Source: Trichodesmium erythraeum IMS101 (GTDB lineage: Bacteria; Cyanobacteriota; Cyanobacteriia; Cyanobacteriales; Microcoleaceae). Taken from it: 32,000 bases of DNA. The stretch covers positions 7,718,109-7,750,108 of the forward strand of contig NC_008312.1 of NCBI RefSeq assembly GCF_000014265.1, read 5' to 3'. Shown in pieces: positions 10,096 through 21,719 of the stretch (the first letter of the stretch is position 1; the number at the start of each line of letters is the position of its first letter). The notes beneath the pieces were generated by a model, which saw nothing but the letters and a program-made list of their open reading frames with translations, had not been told where the DNA came from and ran no database searches. The translations under genes and the position numbers were made by a program.

Positions 10096-10313
10096 CCTAA
10101 GGTAGTATAATAAGCGATAAATTTTGTGTAATGTTTTGCAAAAGTCTAAAATGACCTTATAATTATTAGCTTATATGGGAATGGTGTCTTACAGCAAACA
10201 AATTTTACTGGTTTTATGACAAAAAATGCTGTAGAATAATATAAAGCCTCTGTTAGTAAGTAAGAAGCGATATTATTAATTAGTATAGTAACTCCCCTTT
10301 GAGGAAATGCACT

Positions 10314-12683
10314 GTGCGGATTCCATTAGATTATTATCGAATTTTAGGTTTACCAATTCAGGCTACTGCTGAACAGTTGCGGCAGGCACATCAAGACCGC
10401 ACTCAGCAGTTTCCTAGAAGGGAGTATTCTGAAGCCACAATAGTTGCTCGTAAACAGCTTATAGATGAGGCTTATGCTGTTCTTTGCGATCCTGAACAAC
10501 GTCAAACCTATGATGGTAACTTTTTAGCTAAAACCTACGAGCCAATAGTAGAAGAACTCAATCCAAGTTCTCAGATAAATTTTGATCAAGCACAAGAAAA
10601 AGAAACCACACTTAAGGAGACTAGAGAAGTTCTTCCGGAAATAGCTTCTAAACAGTTAAAAAAAAGGACAAGTTATCAAAACAGAGAGACTAAAGCTGCC
10701 TCTGATTTTCATTCTAATACCCCTAGTATAGAAATAGAATATCCACAATTTGTGGGAGCCATCCTAATTTTACATGAGCTAGGAGAATATGAGCTAGTAT
10801 TAAAAATAACTCACCCTTATCTTCTTAACAATAGTATAACTATTAAAGATGGACGTTTTGGAGACCCAGCATTAGTTTTGCCAGATGTTGTCCTTACAGT
10901 TGCTCTAGCAAATTTAGAATTGGGCAGAGAGGAATGGCAACAAGGACAATACGAAAGTGCAGCTACAGCTTTAGAGGCTGGCCTAGGGTTATTGCTACGA
11001 GAAAACCTATTTGTCCAAATACGAGGAGAGATACAAGCTGACCTTTATAAGCTACGTCCTTATAGAATAATGGAGCTAATAGCACTACCAGAGGAAATAG
11101 CTCTAGACCGTAGCCGTGGACTAGAAATTCTTCAAGATATGCTCAATGAACGGGGAGGAATTGATGGTCAAGGTGAAGATAGCTCTGGACTTGGGATAGA
11201 AGATTTTCTAAAGTTTGTTCAGCAGCTACGTCAATACTTAACTACAGCAGAGCAAAAGAAGTTATTTGAGGCAGAAGCCCTTCGCCCTTCCGCAGTTGGT
11301 GCATATCTAGCGGTTTATACTTTTTTAGCTCAAGGGTTTGCTCAAAAACAACCAGCCTTTATTCGTAAAGCTAAGTTGATGTTAATGCAATTGGGTCGGA
11401 GTCAAGATGTAAATTTAGAGAAATCTGTCTGTGCTTTACTTTTAGGGCAAACTGAAGAAGCTAGTCGTTCATTAGAACTTAGCCATGAAAATGAACCTCT
11501 ATCCTTTATTAAAGAAAATTCTCAACAATCTCCAGATTTATTGCCAGGTCTATGTCTCTATGCTGAACATTGGTTGACAGAGGAGGTTTTTCCACATTTC
11601 CGTGATTTGTCTGACAAGTCAGCTTCTTTGAAAGATTATTTTGCAGATCAACATGTTCAAGCTTATCTAGAAGCTTTACCTACAGAAGCAGAGGTAGCTA
11701 ATCAATGGGTAGTCGTTCAGCCTCGTCGTAGTAATCACAATAAAAAACAAATGTTCGACCCCAAGGAACTTGAGAAGTTGAATGTATCAGATTTGGAGGA
11801 TAAAGATATTTCTCGGGTAGATGCTACTGCTACTGGTATTGTTGCTTCTGGAAGTCAAGGAAGTTCTAATTTACTAGGGGCTAGTTCTGATGGGTTGCTT
11901 CAAGAATTAGAAAAATCATCATCTACTAGAGGTGGGCCAAAACAAGTAACTACTAAGAGTTCTAGTCACTATTTAGGAAAAATTAGGGAAAAGAGTATAA
12001 GTGGTTTACCTGAGTTTAATGAAAGTACATCTATTGAGAGTGGGGGGTTACCCCAATCTATCCAAGAGCATAGTTCACGTAGAACTTCTGCTAGAAGAGA
12101 ACCTGTTAAGTTTGGTCGTTTAATATTAATCGCAATTGTGGGATTTTTGTTAATAGGATTTATTGGGTTGTTAACAATTAAAACTATCGGCTGGTTAGTA
12201 AATGCTTTAGGATGGGAAAGAGAAAAACTGATGATACAATTGGATAGGCCTCCTATAGAAATCCCAGAACCTGATCGGGTTAACCTCGCAGCATCAGGAC
12301 CGATAACAAAAGAAGTAGCAAGGCGAACAATTCAAAGTTGGTTAGATATCAAGGCTTCTGCTCTTGGTCCTAATCATAAAATTGAACAATTACCAAATAT
12401 TTTAGTAGAACCGGCACTTTCTCGTTGGTTACCTACAGCTAATGCCCTGAAGCAAGAAAAGTCATACCGTAGGTATGAGCATGATTTAGAAATAAGTAAT
12501 ATAAAGATGAGTAATACAAATTCTAATCTCGCTCAAGTAGATGCTAAAGTGATAGAAAAGGTAGAGTTTTATTCTGACAATGGTAGATTAACTAATACTA
12601 ACAATGAAAACTTATTTGTTCGTTATGATTTAGTTCGTAAAAGTCAAAAATGGCAAATTAGTAATTGGAAGGTATTGAGATAA
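10314..12683 (+). CDS. zipN: Cell-division protein ZipN/Ftn2 (ARC6 homolog): J-domain N-terminus, single TM, C-terminal ARC6-type domain
   Basis: The 'RIPLDYYRILGLPIQATAEQLRQAHQDR' J-like domain is the characteristic cyanobacterial Ftn2/ZipN N-terminus. TM 'LILIAIVGFLLIGFIGLLTI'. The ORF track starts at TTG 10299. GTG 10314, 8 nt after GAGGA, gives the canonical MRIPLDYY start. Confidence 0.85.
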   Translation: MRIPLDYYRILGLPIQATAEQLRQAHQDRTQQFPRREYSEATIVARKQLIDEAYAVLCDPEQRQTYDGNFLAKTYEPIVEELNPSSQINFDQAQEKETTLKETREVLPEIASKQLKKRTSYQNRETKAASDFHSNTPSIEIEYPQFVGAILILHELGEYELVLKITHPYLLNNSITIKDGRFGDPALVLPDVVLTVALANLELGREEWQQGQYESAATALEAGLGLLLRENLFVQIRGEIQADLYKLRPYRIMELIALPEEIALDRSRGLEILQDMLNERGGIDGQGEDSSGLGIEDFLKFVQQLRQYLTTAEQKKLFEAEALRPSAVGAYLAVYTFLAQGFAQKQPAFIRKAKLMLMQLGRSQDVNLEKSVCALLLGQTEEASRSLELSHENEPLSFIKENSQQSPDLLPGLCLYAEHWLTEEVFPHFRDLSDKSASLKDYFADQHVQAYLEALPTEAEVANQWVVVQPRRSNHNKKQMFDPKELEKLNVSDLEDKDISRVDATATGIVASGSQGSSNLLGASSDGLLQELEKSSSTRGGPKQVTTKSSSHYLGKIREKSISGLPEFNESTSIESGGLPQSIQEHSSRRTSARREPVKFGRLILIAIVGFLLIGFIGLLTIKTIGWLVNALGWEREKLMIQLDRPPIEIPEPDRVNLAASGPITKEVARRTIQSWLDIKASALGPNHKIEQLPNILVEPALSRWLPTANALKQEKSYRRYEHDLEISNIKMSNTNSNLAQVDAKVIEKVEFYSDNGRLTNTNNENLFVRYDLVRKSQKWQISNWKVLR

Positions 12684-12905
12684 TTTGAAATGAAGAAGTA
12701 ACTATCACAGCAAATCCCAGATCAAAAGTGAATAATTTTGATGTTGCTACTTAATTTATTTAACTTCAAAATTTTAATTTGATTGTAAAACACTATTTTT
12801 AAAATGAAATAGTGGAGTATATTATCAGTAACAATAGATGTTTAATAATCATAAACAGGGAATAGATGACTTATGAGAGAATAGTAAGTTTAAATAAACT
12901 TCTTA

Positions 12906-12938
12906 CTCCTAAAAAAATCCTTAGCTGAACTGTATTAA
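12906..12938 (+). repeat. Dispersed ~30-nt motif, copy a (AAAAAATCCTTARCTGAACYGTATTAA family)
   Basis: 'ctcctaaaaaaatccttagctgaactgtattaa'. Near-identical to 13941-13974. Related to 21244-21280 (inverted) and more weakly to 4231-4259. Confidence 0.55.
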
Positions 12939-13444
12939 TTTATAATTCCTATTTATATCTATTCCCTACTTCATAAAAAGACATTTTAAGCCAGAGACAT
13001 AAAACTCACTGTTCCCTTAAATTATTCCCTAAGAATTTCTAATAATGCTTACACAGTTTACCGTATATGATTTTCTACAAATTGGGTTACCAAATAGAGT
13101 AATACTAACTCTCATAAGTAATGGTAACTTTTTTTCAAATTTCAGTTATTAAATAATTAATATAAAAAAAATATTTTTTAACTCTCTTTAGCTAATCTAA
13201 AGTTAATTGTTATTATGTTTACTTACTTTATACTGTTTTACCCCCCTACTTTTCTACTCTACTAAATAAAATATAGAAAAGTTTTTGATAAATAGTATAA
13301 GTTAGTGATCGCCAATTTACTCCCTTAAAATCTAATAAACTCCTTGAATTGTCAATCAGTTGTTTTCAATTGATAAATTTTTGCTTTCTACCTCAATTCC
13401 AATACCAGAAATGATTTGGGTATATTTTAAAAATTTTTAATTGG

Positions 13445-13625
13445 AGAAACAGGCGAAGCTTGAGAAAAAATAAACGCACCACCAAAAAGATAACCTATCC
13501 TCAAAAGAGTTAGTTGCAGCAGCCTGTGAAACGTCAACCCATCCTTGGGCTTTGCTTTTGTAGAATTACTCCTAAACTTAACAGCCAGGCGTGATATCAA
13601 TATTAATGGAACTGTGTGCCACAAT
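13445..13625 (-). repeat. GC-rich repeat element, partial copy 3 (inverted relative to copies 1 and 2)
   Basis: 'gaaacgtcaaccca' (13528-13541) is the reverse complement of S1 'tgggttgacgttt' (6020-6033). 'ttaacagccaggcgtgatatcaatattaa' (13578-13606) approximates the reverse complement of S1 'ttaatagttgacatcctccctggttgttag' (5955-5984). Spacing between blocks is 37 vs 36 nt. GC-elevated patch. The 73-aa TTG-start ORF here is probably an artefact. Confidence 0.45.
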
Positions 13626-13940
13626 AAACTAGACTCAAAATTTTTCAAACCCTTGACTATTTATAAATTTTCTTGAGTATAAAAATCCCTGAAACTAAAT
13701 CATTTCAATGTTTTCACTTAATAGATTTAAGCCCATTTTACTGTAATAATCTTTTTTTTTAATTGGTATGACTCAATATACTCTTAAATAATTTCTTTAC
13801 TTAAATCCTTCCTATTTTCTGACTTCTTATTTCTGACTTTCTTTGTGATATTATAATTATTTACTGTGATTATATATCAATACGATTCAGGTAAGACCAA
13901 AGACTATGGAGACAGAATTATAAGCTTTTCAGATTACAGA

Positions 13941-13974
13941 ACTGCAAAAAAAATCCTTAACTGAACCGTATTAA
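13941..13974 (+). repeat. Dispersed ~30-nt motif, copy b
   Basis: 'actgcaaaaaaaatccttaactgaaccgtattaa'. Confidence 0.55.
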
Positions 13975-14366
13975 ATAATGTATGATGATTGACTGAATTT
14001 TAAGGGTTACTGATTCCCAGTAGTCACTCAAAATTGATTTGATAGTTAATCTATTAAATTTTTCTTTTGTTTACTTTTCCCTTTGTATTCTAAACATAGT
14101 AGTCTGTCAATCTTTGATTGAGAGGTAAATCAGTTCTCAAAAAACTGATTTACTAGCTTTTTAAATTTTATTAACCCGTGATTTTTTCCTAGACAGACCA
14201 CTAGTATCTACCTATCATGAGAAAACTGCTCAACCACTAGTATAAGTTAGTAAATACATGTAGTTGAACTTCTGCCCACAAAAAAATCAACCTATATCAA
14301 CTCATATCATTATTCAGCAACGCTAATTGCTCAAAAACCTAGCTAATAGACAACCAAGCAACTTTT

Positions 14367-15527
14367 CTAGCGGATATATTCTTTGAGAATACTGTTTCGG
14401 TTTGGATGTCGTAACTTTCTAAGGGCTTTTGCCTCAATTTGTCGAATTCGCTCACGAGTCACATTAAATATTTGCCCAATTTCTTCTAAAGTCTTCATTC
14501 GACCGTCATCCAAGCCATACCTTAACCGTAATACATCCCGTTCACGGGGACTCAAACTATTTAAAACACTTTCTAAATCTTCTCGCAATAGATTTTTGGA
14601 TACTTCATCTTCAGGAGTCTCCCCATCTGACTCAATAAAATCTCCAAGTCGAGAGTCTTCTTCTTTTCCAATGGGAGTTTCTAAAGATATGGGAAGTTGA
14701 GCAGATTTAGCAATGAAACGCAACTTTTCGATAGTCATTTCCATGCTAGTTGCTATTTCCTCTTCTGTGGGTTTACGACCCATTTCTTGGGAAAGAAGCT
14801 TAGTAGTTTTCTTGATTCGGGATATTGTTTCGTATAGATGAACTGGTAGACGGATAGTACGAGACTGATCAGCTATAGCTCTAGTAATAGCTTGACGAAT
14901 CCACCAAGTTGCATAAGTACTAAATTTATACCCCTTTTCATGATCAAATTTTTCTGCTGCTCGAATTAACCCCAAACTACCTTCTTGAATCAAGTCCTGG
15001 AATGATAAACCTCGGTTCATGTACTTTTTGGCGATCGAAACCACCAAACGCAGGTTAGACTGTACCATCTTTTCTTTAGCTCTACGCCCAAGTATTAAGC
15101 GACGCTTAAACTTTGGCAATTCCATATCTACTGCATTTGCCCACTCACTCACTTGGGGTTCTCGATCTAAGTGATAAATTAACTCTTCTCGAATTCGTTC
15201 CAATTCTAGTAAGTCAGCAATCTTACGGGCTAATTCAATTTCTTCATCAGCTCGTAATAGTCTGATTCTTCCTATTTCTTGTAGATAAAGGCGAATTGAG
15301 TCTTCTGTATAATGCTTTTTTTTGCCCGCAGTCCGAGTACGAGATTTAGCAACTTTACCAGACTTTAGATCGTCCTCATCAGACTGAGCATCTATATATT
15401 CTTCTCTATCTCCAATTAAAATCTCTAACTCATCGTTTACTTGTCTGGTAGGGGTTGGCTGAAATAACTCACTAGATTCTAGCTGAGGCTGAATAGTGGT
15501 TTCAATTACTTTGTCAGTCTGGATCAT
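14367..15527 (-). CDS. sigA: Principal (group 1) RNA polymerase sigma-70 factor SigA/RpoD1
   Basis: 386 aa. Region 2 '[31 protein letters not shown]'. Region 4.2 '[30 protein letters not shown]'. C-terminus '...[11 protein letters not shown]' is typical of cyanobacterial group-1 sigma factors. Confidence 0.93.
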   Translation of the reverse strand: MIQTDKVIETTIQPQLESSELFQPTPTRQVNDELEILIGDREEYIDAQSDEDDLKSGKVAKSRTRTAGKKKHYTEDSIRLYLQEIGRIRLLRADEEIELARKIADLLELERIREELIYHLDREPQVSEWANAVDMELPKFKRRLILGRRAKEKMVQSNLRLVVSIAKKYMNRGLSFQDLIQEGSLGLIRAAEKFDHEKGYKFSTYATWWIRQAITRAIADQSRTIRLPVHLYETISRIKKTTKLLSQEMGRKPTEEEIATSMEMTIEKLRFIAKSAQLPISLETPIGKEEDSRLGDFIESDGETPEDEVSKNLLREDLESVLNSLSPRERDVLRLRYGLDDGRMKTLEEIGQIFNVTRERIRQIEAKALRKLRHPNRNSILKEYIR

Positions 15528-18500
15528 GTCGCGTTCCTCATGCTCCTTAAGTTGAAGAATAAATTATTTTACAGAAGTTTTCTGTCTATCTTAAGACAGT
15601 ATAGCTATTGACCAAACCTATAAGGTTTATGTTTTTTTTATAGAAACTGGGAAATTACATTAGGTTGCCAATAAGACTTACTTTTATGACAGCAGTTTTG
15701 AAGTTTATGAGGTACAAAATTTTACAAGAAATTTTACCAGTTTAGGGAATAGAGATTAGTAATAAAACTATACCTCACAATCATAAAAAAAATTACCATA
15801 ATATTGACTCTTTTTCCCAGTCTTCAGAGTTCTGATTTCTGACTGGTTAATGGTCATGCTAGTATCATATTCTACATTTTAAGTACCTCAACTCAACTTT
15901 TTTATAGTCACTCTTATAGAAGGGAAACCTATATAGTGTTGATTTTTCCATAGCTTGTTTCCACTTCAGTAGCAGGTAGTTTTTCATCACTACTCTAAAA
16001 GATTACTGGGCTTTAAACCCAAGCTTTTTAGTAAAATTTTCTGATACAGGTATCAGACAAGCGAGTTTTACTATAAAACTTATTTTATCCCCGTTTATTT
16101 TAAGTTGACATTCTGCCTACTGTATTAATTAATAGCTTAAGCTATGATAATAGCTATTTTTTATCTGAGCATATCCAAAGAGTTTTTATTTTTATGAAAA
16201 CTATTCGGATTTATTTAGGTTTACCTTTGCACTTTTACTGATTATCCTTTTATCCTCACCTAATTATGAATACTGTCTGGGTAATTGCCAGGAATTTATA
16301 TTCAACACCATCAAAATATTATTTATTTAGTGATTAGTTATTGTGAAACTATTAGGGAATTAACTACAGAATTAGACGTTGCTGAAAAGGTCATGAAAAT
16401 AAACACTCTTACGTATTTGTTCTTCAATAAGATTAGCAATTGATAATTAATATAAGTCATACCCACATATTCAGCAAAGGCTACAATACTTATAGTTAAT
16501 AATGCCACTAGATATAATAATATCTAATTTAGCTAAGTACTGAAACTTTAAAAAGAATTATACTCTAGCCATAAATCTTTTTCCCAAGGAGGGGAATAAT
16601 ATATATTTAAGTTTGTACTCTCTTTTTTTGAACCTCCTAATTAAAGTTTTCAATACTTTTGCTGAATCTTTCTATTTACTCCTATATTATTATATATTGT
16701 TAGTATACATGTCATAATTGTGATATTTTTTCTGGATCTTATTAATTTAGGTAAGCATTCAACTGAAAGTTATCAGCTATTACTTTTAGGGTGTAATATA
16801 AAGCTTTATTAATTGAATTCTAATTAAATCTTAACTACGAAAGTCGGTTTCCTTAACCTTAAAGTTGACTTTTATTTAAATACTGTCCTCATGGAAATAG
16901 TCTTATTGCTTAGATATGACTGCTTATAGCTGAATTTACATACTTTAGTTTTTCCCCTGACTATATACTATGGGAAGCTAATTCTATGTTTGTGGTCAAA
17001 CTCAAGTTTTTTATTTCACTATAATACTATTGATACTACAATAATAACTGTAATTATTTAGCTAGATACTAACTTAATTAAAGACAACTCTCAGTAGGTA
17101 TATATCTTTTAGTTTAACAGATTATTTTATTAAACGCTACTTAGATTATGCCAAAATTATTATTTTTGATCGAGCACTATGGTCATTACATATTAATCTT
17201 TGGTATTTTTTCTATATTTTTTATTCATCAGTATATGTTAATTCATCCTTTTCATTCTATTTTCATGCTTTAGAGTGGATATTTGATTAGTCTTAAGTGC
17301 TGTGATGAGATGCCAACACTTCAATAAACATAAGTAGATAAACTTAATACTAGATTTCTTAATAGTAAAGTTTTTAACTATCCTATTGTTACAGAAAAAT
17401 TATCTCTCAGCCCAAGTTATGTCAAAGTAGGCTTCACATTAATTTTTTCTACCTTATTAGATAGATGATAAATTTACTTATCTTATTGTAGTTAATACTC
17501 TTCATATGCAAGTTAGATTAAATTTTAGCAATATATAACTAAATATTACGTTAAGAGAAATGAAGTTTTTGATGTTAAGCTGTCATAATACAGACTAAGC
17601 AGCAACTTTGTGTACATAAAATAGGCTTTTCTAGAGTAGTTATGATAATTTAATAATAAAAAAATTACATTTTCCTTAATACTTTTTAAGCAAAGTTTTG
17701 TCAAACCTTTGCTAGATATTGACTAATCCTAGAATTCAATGTTATTAAATATGTTCAATTTTAGCAACAAAAATGAACTTACAGTAATATGCCATTTACA
17801 CCTAACTCTATTTCATCACTCAAATAATTAAATTTGAAAACAATAATAGTAACTAATTACCATTTTATTACTTATTAAAGCCCGTAAATAAAGCCTCAAC
17901 TGCAACTTGCCCTTGTTCTTAAAAGACTACAGATAAAATATATTAATCTCATTGATATAGAGTCAGAGATATTTATATTAGTAGCTTTAATGTTTTACTA
18001 CTTTGTTGATTGCTATAAATTTATATTTCAAAACTGTAAGTATGTTTTTCAAGGGAATTAAAATTTTTCAAAAAAACAGAATAATCTATAGAAAAAATTA
18101 TCCCAAAAAGTAGTAGCTAACATAAGTATTAAAAATAGATTTTATTAATATTGGAAAAACAAATAAAATGACTCTAGTACAAATAAGTACGTAAGTATCA
18201 ATAAAGGTGAAAATAAAAAAACTGATAAAATACCTATAACCTAATTATCAAAAGGTTTTCACCAGTTTAATTTTTATTGCTATTGTACAGATAGTTAAAC
18301 CAATTTACTTATAAACTATGCTTAAAGAGAAAGTTATTACTCCTTGTAGAAGTTAAACATATTGGTTGATATCAATGCCTATTTAGGCTACCCCAACAGT
18401 CGGGGTAGGTATGGTTTAGTTGAACCCAAAATATAAGAATGTTTTTTATGGATTTAGTCATCTAGATATCCCAGGGCGTTGTAATTTTCAGTGAAAAAAA

Positions 18501-19139
18501 AATAAAATAGCTCTTTTTTACAAAATAATTAAGTAGTTGTGCAGAATTAATTATACATAAATAAATAAATAAGAACTAGATGTCAAATTATCTAGGCTTA
18601 AAGTACTTACAAATCAAGATAAAAAAAGGAAAAATTTATTAAGTATGTTTAGATAAAAGTAATTTTTATTTGAGGCGATCTATTTTATATAGATGGCAAA
18701 AAAAAGGAAAAGTAATAACTTCTAAAAATTATTAGAGTAAACAAGCAAATGTTTTAGGGTTAATGAATTGCAAAAATGAATTCTATTACTAAATAATCAA
18801 GGTATATATATATAAATTAGTAAAGTTATGGTGAATTCTTGAGATAAATTGAGTCATGACTTGTCAAAAAGAGCTTTATTAGTTCTGGACTAAGTAGGTA
18901 GGCGTTAAAATTTATTTCTATGTAACAAAATGTAAATTTTGTCTCCTGTCAATTGTCTAGAGAGTCTTGGAGTCTCTTTACAAAATTTAATATAGTTAAG
19001 CTTTTTTTGTGAATATCTACTTAAACTTCAGTTCATACTAGTGGTCGTATACTGAATAAATTAGAAGAATGGAAGTAAAAAAAAATGGAAATATTTTGCT
19101 TGCCTATCTATGTTAGCAAAATCTAATATAGTAGAAATG

Positions 19140-20140
19140 TGATAGAAACTTATGGCATTTTTCAGCATTGATGAGGTGCAATAGCAGCACTTGGTAAACC
19201 AATGTCCATGTCTGAATATTTAATTATGTCGCTTGGTGCAAAAGCTTTGTTAATAGATTCTTCTAAGTCTTTATAAGTTCACAGCATCTAAAGACAATAA
19301 GTTAATTTTTTATCTTTGACCATATTTGTTCAATGGATAAAAATTCCGGGAAGTACGGAGGAAAAAAAACAGCTTGGATCCAACTTCCTGGTTAGCTTTT
19401 TCTATTTCTTTCCCATTATGAATACTACAATTGTCAATAACTAGACAAGCACCAGGTCACAATTGAGGTATCACTTTAATTGAATAAATGTTTCGTATGT
19501 TTGCTGATAAAACTATTCCTTTGCGAGTGACAGCTCAATAAGAATGAAATTCTTTTTCCTTTTTAATGGAGAGTCTGAACACGATCTATTTTAGCCTTAT
19601 TTTACTGTGTATATAAGCCAGCCATTGCCATATCTACTTCAGGTTAATTTATAAAGATTAAATCTTCAACCAAGATGTTTTTGATTATTTCCTAATACTA
19701 TAATCTCAATTTTTGTACTTTTTTATTTATTTTTTTTTCTCAGCATAAGTTGTTTTTTTACTGTTGATTTGAGTATTTTTTTATTATACTATATTGATTG
19801 TCTGCTGACTCTAAATCCGGCTTTTTAATTATTAATTTGCAACAGTTATTCATTAGTTAAATCATGATTTTTTCTATTAATTGTCCTTGTTAATTATTCT
19901 GACTTATTTGTTAAAATTTAACTCCTATAACCTTAGGTTTAGGGCTCATATTTCCAGTCTTTATGTATGGCTTTAAAACTTTACTAATCAAACTAAGGGT
20001 AACTTTAAAATTCTCTGCTAGTTGACCATAAAAAATCCTTTAAAAATAGTAAGATTCAATAATTTTTTTCTGAAATATATTGAGTATTTCAACTTTTTTT
20101 ATTCTGATAAAGGTATTGTTTATACTGTACCTCATAGATT
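19140..20140 (-). pseudogene. IS630/Tc1-mariner-family transposase pseudogene (about full length, heavily decayed)
   Basis: Minus-strand fragments: 'GQLAENFKVTLSLISKVLKPYIKTGNMSPKPK' (HTH region, ~20030-19930), 'LLTIVVFIMGKK' in one frame, i.e. 'V.DNCSIHNGKEIEKA', then 'LFFLPPYFPEFLSIEQIWSKIKN' (~19440-19300). Many stops and frameshifts. Confidence 0.75.
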
Positions 20141-20339
20141 TGATAATTGCTATATCATGCTATGAATGGATTTAAAGTAGGATACCTAAAAATTGCATTA
20201 GCTTACTTCCATATCTTAAAAAGTGCTTGAGAAAAAACGGAACAGAATATGTAATTAATTCTGTTTATACACTTAAAACTAAAAAATACAAAGACAATTA
20301 GTGTAAGTAATAAATAGGAAAAAGTTTTAGCATTTATCT

Positions 20340-21107
20340 TTAATAAGAACCTTTTCTCAAAAATTTGATGTAATTCTCAACAAGAGGACGGGTGATTTTC
20401 CTGTTAGTAATTCTCTGTCCACTATGATAATGAATCTGAGCATGGACATGATAACCAGAGGTTCTTCCTGTAAGACCTTGGATACCAATTAATTGTCCTT
20501 TATTAATTCTTGTTCCTCTTCTTGGTGTTGAACCTTGTAACAAATGACCCATTAACCAATAATAATTAGTCCCATCACACATAAGTTCAACTATCTGACC
20601 TGCACCTTGGGCTACTCTAAAACTTCCATTTCGGCCTTGAAATCTAGTTCCGCGAATAGTGCCTTTGCAAGGCGCTGGAATAGGAACTTGTAATTTACCA
20701 TTTAGCTCTAGGGTAAAATCATAAGCTCCCGGAGGGGTATTATCAATGAAATAAGGAGTATGAATTACATAAGGTAGAAATTTATCTGATTTGCCATAGT
20801 ATGGAATCAAAAAGGGAGTAATTTTGGGGAAGTTATGTTGTATCTTCTCTTGCACAATGGCTATTTTTTTTGCTACTTCTTCTATTATTTGAACTCCTGT
20901 TTTGATTAAGGGAGCTAACACAGTTATATGTATTAAAAATATAAATATCAAAAAAACAAAAAAACTTTTAACTTTACCACTATAGTGATTGTATTTTTTT
21001 TGTAAGATTAGTTGTTTTATGAGAAAAATAACTAATGGCGTTGAATATTGGTAAAAAAACTTTTTATAGGGCAATATTTGTGATTTTTTTTGTCTAAAAA
21101 GTTGCAT
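20340..21107 (-). CDS. M23-family (LytM-like) peptidase-domain protein with N-terminal membrane anchor
   Basis: C-terminal 'YYWLMGHLLQGSTPRRGTRINKGQLIGIQGLTGRTSGYHVHAQIH' fits the M23 G.(S/T)G..tG.H.H block. TM 'FFVFLIFIFLIHITVLAPLI'. The upstream H...D zinc motif is not obvious. The exact start is uncertain. Confidence 0.7.
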   Translation of the reverse strand: MQLFRQKKSQILPYKKFFYQYSTPLVIFLIKQLILQKKYNHYSGKVKSFFVFLIFIFLIHITVLAPLIKTGVQIIEEVAKKIAIVQEKIQHNFPKITPFLIPYYGKSDKFLPYVIHTPYFIDNTPPGAYDFTLELNGKLQVPIPAPCKGTIRGTRFQGRNGSFRVAQGAGQIVELMCDGTNYYWLMGHLLQGSTPRRGTRINKGQLIGIQGLTGRTSGYHVHAQIHYHSGQRITNRKITRPLVENYIKFLRKGSY

Positions 21108-21243
21108 AATATTGCTTTTTTTGTAATAACTAATAACTCAATATTATATTATGATTTGAGGGGGTATAAATTTAGGGATAGTAATTCGGGTTCTGTGGGA
21201 ATAGAAAAATAAAAAGAATATAATTCAGTTACTTGAGAAACAC

Positions 21244-21280
21244 TTATAGTAGGGCTTAGTTAAGGATTTTTTAGCAGTTA
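21244..21280 (-). repeat. Dispersed ~30-nt motif, copy c (inverted)
   Basis: The reverse complement reads 'aactgctaaaaaatccttaactaagccctactataag'. Confidence 0.45.
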
Positions 21281-21719
21281 TGTAATATTAATTGCTCATA
21301 ATTCTGGTTCCATACCTTGTTAATTTTGGTTTGATATGAACCCTATTCGCTATAACACTTGAAACAGATAATTAAACAGCAATAGAGCGAAGTGAAATAT
21401 TCTGGGCAATCAAAAAGTTTTATTATTGCATAATAGTCTTATAACCCTGACTCAAAATGATTGATTGACAAATAGCTGTAATGCTTCTGGCAAAAAAAGG
21501 TTTTGGTTGTAGAGATTCCCAGGGACTGTTCTTACTAAGTTAGTATTCGATCTTTGGGCATATATTACTCTAAATTCTAGCAAGATTAGGCGATAACAAA
21601 AAAATCAACTAGCAGTTGCCTAATTTTGGTTGGTATTACTTATGGTTTAGCTGATTGAATATAAAAGCATATAGTTACTAAATCTATAGATAAATAAACC
21701 TTGACCTAGTTTTAATATA

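Noticed and set aside
13427-13648. 73-aa TTG-start ORF on the - strand
   Set aside because: It coincides with the inverted partial copy of the GC-rich repeat. The corresponding frame in copy 1 is interrupted by stops, so the open frame is likely fortuitous.
14383-14700. 105-aa ORF on the + strand
   Set aside because: Lies entirely antisense within sigA and has Ser/Arg-rich low-complexity translation, so it is a shadow ORF. The same reasoning applies to 1834-2016, 2176-2364, 2393-2575 and 2538-2729 (within or antisense to htrA), 5269-5460 (antisense to terD), 23948-24142 (antisense to the receptor gene) and 27143-27340 (antisense to secF).
18388-18408. Perfect 7-bp GC-rich hairpin ctacccc-aacagtc-ggggtag, whose loop equals a heptamer reminiscent of cyanobacterial STRR repeats
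   Set aside because: Single isolated occurrence, not tandemly repeated, with no adjacent gene or T-tract. There is not enough to assign a function.
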